Below, in pieces: positions 25,783-33,585 of a stretch of 64,000 nucleotides of DNA. This DNA comes from an uncultured Clostridium sp. (GTDB lineage Bacteria > Bacillota > Clostridia > TANB77 > CAG-508), in NCBI GenBank assembly GCA_930990645.1, contig CAKNQJ010000001.1:22260-86259 (forward strand), given 5' to 3'. The notes below the pieces were generated by a model that saw only the letters and a list, made by a program, of their open reading frames with translations, did not search any database and was not told where the DNA came from. A program made the translations under genes and the position numbers. Position 1 is the first letter of the stretch. Every line of letters starts with the position of its first letter.

Positions 25783-26790
25783 ATGAAAGGTAATGATAAA
25801 GCGTCCATATCGCTGAGAAAAATAGTATGTATTAGTATAATATTTATTTTTATACTAAGTGTAGGCGTAATGGCAGGCAATGTCAGCTTAAAAAATGTTA
25901 AAATAGTACTTTCAAGTGGTTACGAAATGGATATTTTAACAACTAAAACAAGTGTAAAAGAAATTTTAGAAGAAAATCATATTGTATTATTAGAAGATGA
26001 AAAGGTAACACCAGACACAAGTGAAGAACTTTCAGATAATAATACTATTATAATATCTAAGGAGTCAGAAGATGTAGAGGTAAGTGATAAAGTAGAAAAA
26101 TCTTCTGAAGTTACAACTGAAGATATATTAGATAATTATTCTAAAATAACAGAAAAGATAGTTGTTGAAGAAGAAGTAATACCTTACGAAACAATTACAA
26201 AAGATGTTACGACAGGAAGTGGAACTAAACAAGATAGAGTCGTTCAACAAGGAAAAAATGGATTAAGAGAAATTACTTATAAAGTAAAATATCAAAATGA
26301 TGAAGAAATAGAAAAAACAAAAATTTCATCTAAGGTTGTAAAAAAACCAGTTGATAAAATTATAGAAGTTAGAACAAAGCAAGTTACAACAAGAAGTAGC
26401 AGTACTTCAAGAACAACATATAGTGGGGGAAAATGGTCATATTCTTCAAGTGAATTAGATTTATTATGTGCTATAACTGCACAAGAATGTAGCTCAAGCT
26501 ATACAGGTGCTCTAGCAGTTATAACTACAGCATGTAACAGAACACAAAGTAGTAGTTGGAGAAGATATGGGTCTGACCCACTAAGTCAATATAAAGCTCC
26601 AAGTCAGTTCTGCTATTCAATAGATAGCCATTGGAGAAAAAGATTAAATGGAAATTATCCATCATATGTTAAACAAGCAGTTTTAGATGCATTAAATGGC
26701 AAGAGAAATCACAGTTATTTATCATTTAGAGCAGCTGGTAGCCACTCTGGTGAAATAATAGGTGGAAATGTATATTTCAATTCATTATAA
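25783..26790 (+). CDS. Secreted DUF348 + G5 domain protein with SleB-like cell-wall hydrolase-type C-terminal domain (tentative)
   Basis: DUF348-like VKIVLSSGYEMDILTTKTSVKEILEENHIVL. G5-like ETITKDVTTGSGTKQDRVVQQGKNGLREITYKVKYQNDEEI. The C-terminal LLCAITAQEC...ALAVITTACNR...SQF resembles the Hydrolase_2 family. Confidence 0.7.
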   Translation: MKGNDKASISLRKIVCISIIFIFILSVGVMAGNVSLKNVKIVLSSGYEMDILTTKTSVKEILEENHIVLLEDEKVTPDTSEELSDNNTIIISKESEDVEVSDKVEKSSEVTTEDILDNYSKITEKIVVEEEVIPYETITKDVTTGSGTKQDRVVQQGKNGLREITYKVKYQNDEEIEKTKISSKVVKKPVDKIIEVRTKQVTTRSSSTSRTTYSGGKWSYSSSELDLLCAITAQECSSSYTGALAVITTACNRTQSSSWRRYGSDPLSQYKAPSQFCYSIDSHWRKRLNGNYPSYVKQAVLDALNGKRNHSYLSFRAAGSHSGEIIGGNVYFNSL

Positions 26791-26817
26791 TATAGATTAA
26801 AAGCAATAAGTTGGTGG

Positions 26818-26845
26818 AAGGAGATGGGAGACCATCTCCTTTTAG
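26818..26845 (+). terminator. Terminator hairpin
   Basis: AAGGAGATGG-GAGA-CCATCTCCTT followed by TTT. Confidence 0.5.
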
Positions 26846-26907
26846 TTGAAAAATAATTATAATTTACTAATAAAAATTTAAATAAATTTTGAAAAAGGAG
26901 TAAATAG

Positions 26908-27675
26908 ATGAAGTTAGTATCATGGAATGTAAATGGATTAAGGGCAGTAGTAACTAAAGGATTTGAAGATTTTTTTAAAGAGATAAATGCGGATGTATTT
27001 TGTATTCAAGAAACAAAAATGCATGAAGAGCAATTGGATGATAATATAAGAAAGATTTTTGGTGGGTATCATTGTTATTGGAATAGTGCGGAGAAGAAGG
27101 GATATTCAGGTACTGCAGTTTTTTCTAAGGTAAAGCCATTAAATGTTACATATGGTCTTGGAATAGAAGAACATGATAAAGAAGGAAGAGTAATCACAGT
27201 TGAATATGAAAAATTTTATTTAGTAAATTGTTATACTCCTAATGCAAAAAGAGAATTGGAAAGATTAGACTATAGGATGATATGGGAAGATGAATTTAGG
27301 AAGTATTTGTTAAAACTAAATCAGACAAAACCAGTTGTACTTTGTGGAGATTTAAATGTAGCACATGAGGAGATAGATTTAAAAAATCCGAAAACTAATA
27401 GAGGTAATGCTGGATTTACCGACGAAGAAAGAGGCAAGATGACAGAGCTTCTTGCCTCTGGATTTACTGATAGCTTTAGATATCTATATCCAGATAAAAC
27501 AGATAGTTATTCATGGTGGTCATATATGTTTAAAGCAAGAGAAAAAAATGCAGGATGGAGAATTGATTATTTTATAGTATCTAAGTCAATAGAAGATAAG
27601 ATACAAGAAAGCTATATTTTCTCTGAGGTCATGGGAAGCGACCACTGCCCTGTGGGATTAGATTTGGAGTTATAA
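26908..27675 (+). CDS. xth: Exodeoxyribonuclease III
   Basis: MKLVSWNVNGLRA start, the CIQETK, GDLNVAH and SDHCPV motifs, 255 aa. Confidence 0.9.
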   Translation: MKLVSWNVNGLRAVVTKGFEDFFKEINADVFCIQETKMHEEQLDDNIRKIFGGYHCYWNSAEKKGYSGTAVFSKVKPLNVTYGLGIEEHDKEGRVITVEYEKFYLVNCYTPNAKRELERLDYRMIWEDEFRKYLLKLNQTKPVVLCGDLNVAHEEIDLKNPKTNRGNAGFTDEERGKMTELLASGFTDSFRYLYPDKTDSYSWWSYMFKAREKNAGWRIDYFIVSKSIEDKIQESYIFSEVMGSDHCPVGLDLEL

Positions 27676-27685
27676 AAGAAAGGAA

Positions 27686-28840
27686 ATGCGAATGGAAAAT
27701 AACAAGAAAAAACTAACTAAATGGCTGTATTGGTTTTTGTTTGCTGTAGCTATAATATTAGTCTATAAGACATTAGATAATTTTACTGCTATAGGTAACT
27801 GGATCAAGAATTTTTTGGTTGCGCTTATGCCATTTATCATAGGTTTGCTTATAGCATATTTATTTTACATACCATGCAGAAAAATAGAGAGTGTATATAA
27901 AAAAAGCAAGAAAATAAAATTTATTAGTAAACGAGCAAGAGGGCTTTCGATTTTAACAATATATTTAATTGCTTTGTTAATTTTAGTAATAGCAACAAAT
28001 TACTTGTTGCCAATAATTTCAAGCAGTATTATTGATTTGGCTACTAATATACAAGGATACTATAGCTCATTAATGAATAATATTGATTATTTGCCGGAAG
28101 ATTCAATATTAAAAAACGAATTATTCTTAGATATCATTAATAGTGTAAGAAATATAGACTTAAAACAATTTTTTAATATGAACAAACTTGCAGAATATGC
28201 ACAAGGAGTAATAAATGTTGCAGGAGGAATATTTGATTTCTTTGTCGCAATTATAGTGTCAGTATATTTGCTATTACAAAGAAAAGAAATATTGGAATTT
28301 TTAAAGAAATTAGGAAGAGCATTATTTAAAGAAAAGACATATAGGAATTTTGGAAAATATTTTGATAGAACAAATAACATATTTTTCAATTTCTTAGCAG
28401 GACAATTGCTAGATGGATTTGTAATAGGAGTAATCTCATCAATTGCAATGTCAATCTTAGGAGTAAAATATGCAGTATTGTTAGGATTTATGATAGGCAT
28501 ATTTAATTTAATACCATACTTTGGAGCAATAATCGCAGTAATAATCTCAGCTTTAATAACGCTATTAACAGGAGGATTTTGGCAAGCGCTTATCATGGTT
28601 ATAGTTGTAACAATATTACAGCAAATAGATGCAAATATAATTAATCCAAAAATAATAGGAGATAAGTTAAAAATTAGTCCACTACTTGTAATATTTGCAG
28701 TATCATTAGGAGGAACATACTTTGGAGTATGGGGAATGTTTTTATCAGTTCCAATAGCAGCTGTCATAAAAGTATTAATTACAGACTATATTGAATGTAA
28801 AAATAGGGGAAAGGCAGTAAAATCCAATAACGAAAAATGA
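27686..28840 (+). CDS. AI-2E family transporter (PerM/YhhT-like, UPF0118)
   Basis: Polytopic membrane protein with the typical NLIPYFGAIIAVIISALITLL and PLLVIFAVSLGGTYFGVWGMFLSVP segments. Confidence 0.85.
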   Translation: MRMENNKKKLTKWLYWFLFAVAIILVYKTLDNFTAIGNWIKNFLVALMPFIIGLLIAYLFYIPCRKIESVYKKSKKIKFISKRARGLSILTIYLIALLILVIATNYLLPIISSSIIDLATNIQGYYSSLMNNIDYLPEDSILKNELFLDIINSVRNIDLKQFFNMNKLAEYAQGVINVAGGIFDFFVAIIVSVYLLLQRKEILEFLKKLGRALFKEKTYRNFGKYFDRTNNIFFNFLAGQLLDGFVIGVISSIAMSILGVKYAVLLGFMIGIFNLIPYFGAIIAVIISALITLLTGGFWQALIMVIVVTILQQIDANIINPKIIGDKLKISPLLVIFAVSLGGTYFGVWGMFLSVPIAAVIKVLITDYIECKNRGKAVKSNNEK

Positions 28841-28931
28841 CAAATTGTGCAATAGTAGGAACATCACTAACTGATAGACGTTATGGATACACTTTTTGAC
28901 TTAAAATGTTAAAAAGTGCTGTCTGAAGAAC

Positions 28932-28990
28932 ACAAAAGTGGCTTATAGATATAATTAGAAGTACTAATTACATTTATAAGCCACTTTTGT
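28932..28990. terminator. Bidirectional hairpin between convergent genes
   Basis: 16-bp perfect stem ACAAAAGTGGCTTATA / TATAAGCCACTTTTGT with a 27-nt loop. Confidence 0.5.
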
Positions 28991-29005
28991 ATGAAATGGA
29001 TAATA

Positions 29006-29545
29006 TTAAGAATCATTATCACTCAAGTAAGAATAATGAGTATTGACATACTTTTGAAGAGATTCCATTGATTTTGATAATTTCTGAGATTCCATTTTGA
29101 TTTTCATATCTAATGTGTATGAAGCATCATCGATTCTATAATCCATCCTCTCTGTTAAAGATTTAACTGCATCGTCAATCTTAGTATTAAGCCTGTCTTC
29201 AACTTCTTGAAGTTTAGCATCAAATCTATCGCTTAAATCTTGAATTCTAGCATCAAGTTTCCTATCAAATTCATCGCTTAAGTTTTGAAGTTTAGTATCA
29301 AACCTGTCACTAAGTTCTTGAATTTTAGTGTCGATCTTCTTATTAAGAGATTCATTGACATCATCGATTTTTTGATTAAGAGATAAATAAACGTTATCTA
29401 TTCTTTCATTTAGAACATTAAAAACATTGTCTATTTTATCATTTAAAGTTTTATGATAAACATCGACTTTAGTATTGAGATTATCAAATTTTGTATCCAT
29501 TTCATTTAATTTAGATAATATTAGAGCTACTGCATCTTGATCCAT
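29006..29545 (-). CDS. Hypothetical coiled-coil protein made of 11-residue (hendecad) repeats
   Basis: About 11 consecutive 11-mers, e.g. LNERIDNVYLS LNQKIDDVNES LNKKIDTKIQE LSDRFDTKLQN LSDEFDRKLDA RIQDLSDRFDA KLQEVEDRLNT. RBS GGAGGTGAG. No TM or signal peptide. Confidence 0.6.
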   Translation of the reverse strand: MDQDAVALILSKLNEMDTKFDNLNTKVDVYHKTLNDKIDNVFNVLNERIDNVYLSLNQKIDDVNESLNKKIDTKIQELSDRFDTKLQNLSDEFDRKLDARIQDLSDRFDAKLQEVEDRLNTKIDDAVKSLTERMDYRIDDASYTLDMKIKMESQKLSKSMESLQKYVNTHYSYLSDNDS

Positions 29546-29869
29546 TTTCTCACCTCCAATCTTTTAACTTAATAATAAAAGTATAACACAATATAAAAAG
29601 AGATGCAAGGAAAATATTTCGACAAAAACTGACAAAAATAGGTAAAACGCTTCATAAATCTACGTTTCTCTTTGCTTATCTAAAACAAAATTTTTTAAAA
29701 ATTTTATTTTATGAAAAATATTTTAGAAAAAAATAAAATGTGTTGGGGCAATAAATTTGAACACTAAAAAACTTAATAAAAACTTAATAAAAAATTAATA
29801 AATTTTCACTTTTGTTCTTAATAATAGTTTGCTATACTAGTTACAATGCATATTTTAAATATATTTATT

Positions 29870-30027
29870 AAAGTCCGTTCCATCTTGCTGGTAGATATAT
29901 TAAGCATCTAAAGTCCGCCTCTATCAAAGCTGTCACATATATTTTGTACTCTCCATGTTTTCGAGTAAAAAATATATGTGACACGTGAGGCTATATAGTA
30001 AAATATATATCTACCACGTGGGACTAC
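29870..30027 (+). repeat. Family C element carrying a second family C element nested inside it (C3 outer 29870-30027, inner ~29910-29996)
   Basis: The outer arms are AAAGTCCGTTCCATCTTGCTGGTAGATATATT ... AAATATATATCTACCACGTGGGACTAC. The inner copy is AAAGTCCGCCTC...CTGTCACATATATTTT-[GTACTCTCCATGTTTTCGAGTAA]-AAAATATATGTGACACGTGAGGC. Confidence 0.7.
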
Positions 30028-30181
30028 CATGTCAAAATAAAATGACAACGCATACTTTGAAAATGCAAAGTCATGAATTGTAATAATGATATAATTCATG
30101 CTATAATAGATGCAGGACAGGACAAAACAAGCCCGTCCCCAATTGTCCTAAAATTTTAAGATTAGAAAGGGATGTAATTTA

Positions 30182-30889
30182 ATGTACAACATACTCGTAT
30201 GTGATGATGATAAAGAAATAGTAAAGGCAATAGAAATATATTTAAGTAAAGAAGGATATAACATTTTAAAAGCATATGACGGAATGGAAGCTTTAGAAAT
30301 ATTAAAAAAGAATAATGATATTCAATTAATAATTTTAGATATTATGATGCCAAAGTTAGATGGAATTGAAACAGCAAATATAATTAGAAAAGATAAATCA
30401 ATCCCAATTATTATGTTATCTGCAAAGTCAGAAGATTACGATAAAATTTCTGGTTTAAATAATGGCGCAGATGACTATGTAACAAAGCCTTTCAATCCAC
30501 TAGAATTGATAGCTAGAGTGAATTCACAAATTAGAAGATATACTAGCTTAGGCTCTATGGTAAAAAAAGAAGAGGATACCAATATTTATAGATCTGGAGA
30601 TTTAGTTATAAATGATTCTACCAAGGTTGTTGAAGTAGATGGAAAAGAAGTAAAATTAACTCCTACAGAGTACAATATTTTAAAATTTCTTACAAAGAAC
30701 AAAGGCATTGTATATTCTATAGAACAAATTTATGAAAATGTATGGGAAGAAGAAAGTTATGGGGCAGAAAATATAATAGCCGTACATATAAGACACATTA
30801 GAGAAAAAATAGAAATAAACCCAAGAGAGCCTAAGTATCTTAAGGTTATTTGGGGGATTGGGTACAAAATCGAGAAATTCGAAAGATAA
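30182..30889 (+). CDS. OmpR/PhoB-family response regulator
   Basis: Receiver domain (DDD...ILDIMMPKLDG...LSAK) and winged-helix domain (LTPTEYNILKFL...VWGIGYKI). The last codons plus TAA lie inside Family A copy 4. Confidence 0.9.
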   Translation: MYNILVCDDDKEIVKAIEIYLSKEGYNILKAYDGMEALEILKKNNDIQLIILDIMMPKLDGIETANIIRKDKSIPIIMLSAKSEDYDKISGLNNGADDYVTKPFNPLELIARVNSQIRRYTSLGSMVKKEEDTNIYRSGDLVINDSTKVVEVDGKEVKLTPTEYNILKFLTKNKGIVYSIEQIYENVWEEESYGAENIIAVHIRHIREKIEINPREPKYLKVIWGIGYKIEKFER

Positions 30890-31074
30890 TTGTTTTTGGC
30901 GTTGTTGCACTTCGTTTGAAATTTAATGGGCGTAGCAAAGAGTACGCCTCATAAATTTCAAACTCGTGCGCTTAGCCAAAAAGCAATTCTTTTTCGAATT
31001 AAATAAGAAGAAAGATTAGATGGAGAAAAAGTTCGAACTATTGTGTCTAGCCAAAAACAATTATCTTTCGAATT
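30876..31074 (+). repeat. Family A element, copy 4 (30876-31000) plus an extra right-end fragment (31045-31074)
   Basis: Left end AATTCGAAAGATAATTG (30876-30892) is imperfectly complementary to 30984-31000. It is perfectly complementary to CAATTATCTTTCGAATT at 31058-31074. The central stem has variant but still complementary sequence (TTTGAAATTTAATGGGCGTA...TACGCCTCATAAATTTCAAA). Confidence 0.7.
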
Positions 31075-31095
31075 AAAAAAGAAAGGAGAGATTGA

Positions 31096-33204
31096 ATGGA
31101 GAAAAAGATTTGCATGCCACGAGTATTAAAAAACATAGCATATGTTCTATTTCCGATATTTGCTACAATACTGGTACTTTTAATATTCTGCTTATCATAT
31201 CCACTTGAAAGAGAATCAATAAAAGCGGGAGTGGATTTCTATGATACTAACACATTTGCAGAAGATTATGCAAATGAGATATTTGGAAGTCTAACAACAG
31301 TTGATGTATTAAAAGATAATTATCAAACTGATGCATATAGTTACTATTATTCACATACAGAAACCGTGGAAAATAATGAAGAAGTAAATAGCATAAATTA
31401 TTATATTGACTACTATGGAAGCAATGTAATGTGGCTTATAATAGATAATGATACAAAAATTGCTTATACAAATTTGAGTTACTCATTAGATACAAGTACT
31501 CTTGAGAACATAAAAAATAAAATAATGGCAAATAGCGAAAACTGGAAATACCAAGATGGAAATATTGAGACAACAATAGATAAACTAAGTAATGAAAATA
31601 TTGAGTATATAGACAGTACCTTAAATCAAGAAGGAATAGAGACAATTGGAAATATGGAGCAGAGTAGTGAGGTTAGTAATGAAACAACAGAAGAGAGTAG
31701 CATTGATCTCACAACAGAAAATGCTAGAACAAAAAACAATTATACTATTTATACCGCACTTCTAGATGATATGGAATATGTTGATAGTATCTATAGAGAC
31801 AGACTTTTGTATAACACATTATCTATAGTTAATCAAAATTTAGTATTTTTAATACCATTTTTAATTGGATTAATAATTGCATTAGTTCCTATAATAGTGA
31901 TAGGAATTGGAAGAACAAGAAAGCAAGAAGGTATCAACTTAAATTGGTTTGACAAGATATTAATTGAATTAGCAGCCTTGATTTCAATATTTATAGGGTG
32001 TATAGGAGCAGTATTTACTGTAAGTATTGGTGGAGCTTCTACGATAGTCACATTTACACTCGCTATTTCAATTATGGCTGTTGGCTTACTTATTATGTAC
32101 CTAGCGTGTATTTTCTTCTTTGAAACACTTGTAAAGAGACTAAAAACACATACATTTGTTAAGACAACATTTGCTTATTGGTTGTATATAAAAATAAAAG
32201 GAGTTATATCAGACTTAAAAATAACAAAAAGATTTGTACTATTTTTTATATTATTCATAATAGCTAATTTATTTACATTTGCAATAATGTGGTCTGATGG
32301 ATTTCCTGGAGTAGTATTAACTATTATTTTATATGTAATAACATTTAGCTACCTAACAAAAAGGATAAAGTCATATTCAAAAATAAAAGATGCTATTAAT
32401 GAATTATATAAAGGCGATACTGACATGTACTTGGAAGAAAATGAATTATGCAAAGAAATGCAGGAAACAGGAAAAGAGCTAAACGATATTGCCGGAGGAT
32501 TGTCTAATGCAATAGATGAGAAACTAAAAAGTGAGAGATTAAAGACAGAGCTTATTACAAACGTATCACACGATATAAAAACACCACTTACATCTATAAT
32601 TAACTATGTAGATTTATTGAAGAAAGAAGATGTACAAGGAGAAAAGGCAAAAGAATATTTAGATATATTAGATAGTAAATCACAAAGACTAAAAAAACTT
32701 ACGGAAGATTTAGTTGAGGCATCAAAAGCATCATCAGGAGCAATAAAATTAAACATGGAAAGATTAAATGTAAATGAACTTATAAAACAAATATCTGGAG
32801 AGTTTGAAGATAAATTTAAATCTCATAATTTACAAGAGATAATTACATTTCCGGAGAGCGATTTATACATTAATGCAGACAGTAGATACATGTATAGAGT
32901 ACTAGAAAATATGTATTCAAATATATCAAAATATGCAATGGAAGGAACGAGAGTATATACAGATATAGCAGAAAAAGATGGAGATGTTATAATACAGCTA
33001 AAAAATGTATCAAAACGAAAACTTAACATTAGTGTAGACGAGCTAATGCAGAGATTTGTAAGAGGAGAAGCATCAAGAAATACAGAAGGAAGCGGACTTG
33101 GACTCTCAATAGCAAGAAGCCTAACAGAACTCCAACAAGGTAAGTTTAATATATACTTAGATGGAGATTTATTTAAAGTAACAATAGAACTTAATAAAAA
33201 TTGA
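31096..33204 (+). CDS. Sensor histidine kinase with ~220-aa extracytoplasmic domain and multi-TM region
   Basis: H-box ITNVSHDIKTPLTSI, an HATPase region (ENMYSNISKYA, GSGLGLSIARSL), TM1 near the N-terminus and a cluster of TMs at ~31850-32350. Confidence 0.9.
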   Translation: MEKKICMPRVLKNIAYVLFPIFATILVLLIFCLSYPLERESIKAGVDFYDTNTFAEDYANEIFGSLTTVDVLKDNYQTDAYSYYYSHTETVENNEEVNSINYYIDYYGSNVMWLIIDNDTKIAYTNLSYSLDTSTLENIKNKIMANSENWKYQDGNIETTIDKLSNENIEYIDSTLNQEGIETIGNMEQSSEVSNETTEESSIDLTTENARTKNNYTIYTALLDDMEYVDSIYRDRLLYNTLSIVNQNLVFLIPFLIGLIIALVPIIVIGIGRTRKQEGINLNWFDKILIELAALISIFIGCIGAVFTVSIGGASTIVTFTLAISIMAVGLLIMYLACIFFFETLVKRLKTHTFVKTTFAYWLYIKIKGVISDLKITKRFVLFFILFIIANLFTFAIMWSDGFPGVVLTIILYVITFSYLTKRIKSYSKIKDAINELYKGDTDMYLEENELCKEMQETGKELNDIAGGLSNAIDEKLKSERLKTELITNVSHDIKTPLTSIINYVDLLKKEDVQGEKAKEYLDILDSKSQRLKKLTEDLVEASKASSGAIKLNMERLNVNELIKQISGEFEDKFKSHNLQEIITFPESDLYINADSRYMYRVLENMYSNISKYAMEGTRVYTDIAEKDGDVIIQLKNVSKRKLNISVDELMQRFVRGEASRNTEGSGLGLSIARSLTELQQGKFNIYLDGDLFKVTIELNKN

Positions 33205-33350
33205 CAAAAGGGACACTCCTTTTTGTCAAATTTTTTTTACACTTAGGGACACTCCTTCTTGTCCAAGTTTTTGGATGTTTAGGAGTGTCCCTTTTGTCCA
33301 AGTTTTTGGGCGTTTTGGAGTGTCCCTTTTGTCCCTTTTGTCAATTTTGT
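33201..33350 (+). repeat. Family B repeat cluster, second locus (terminator hairpin 33201-33238 plus GGGACACTCC / GGAGTGTCCC units in both orientations)
   Basis: The first ~42 nt are identical to 18689-18730, and the kinase stop TGA (33202-33204) lies inside the stem. Downstream come GGGACACTCC (33246-33255), then AGGAGTGTCCC (33281-33291) and GGAGTGTCCC (33318-33327). Confidence 0.75.
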
Positions 33351-33357
33351 CACAAAC

Positions 33358-33386
33358 TTGTAACAAAAATGTAAAGAAAATGTAAT
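33358..33386 (+). promoter_or_regulatory. Triple 11-bp-phased direct repeat, site B (TTGTAACAAAA ATGTAAAGAAA ATGTAAT)
   Basis: Repeat starts at 33358, 33369 and 33380. Site B matches site A at 25 of 29 positions. It lies 200 nt upstream of TTG 33586 and directly after the two-component system. Confidence 0.55.
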
Positions 33387-33585
33387 GTTTTTTGCTTTCA
33401 TGAAAATCCGTAACTATAACTGCTTTTTTCCAAAAAGATAATGTATTGACGAAAAAAAACAAATAATATAATATCAAAACGTTAGAGTGGATTAATGTAT
33501 AATTTATAAACTATATGTTAAACAAACAATGGTCTTTATTATTAAGATAAAGGTAAGAGAAATTTTAAAATCTGGAGGTGAGATT

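Noticed and set aside
25372-30099. ORFs 25372..25584, 25499..25693, 25635..25880 and 29908..30099 (minus strand), two with the shared motif VVPRG.
   Set aside because: They are translations of the Family C repeat (CCACGTGGAACTAC antisense). They overlap each other and the promoter region, and none has a convincing RBS.
18689-33350. Could the GGGACACT[CT]C repeat clusters be small CRISPR arrays?
   Set aside because: There are only 3-4 degenerate units per locus and the units occur in both orientations. The intervening sequence is T-runs and related sequence rather than unique spacers. No cas genes or leader are in the window. They behave as terminator-type hairpins.
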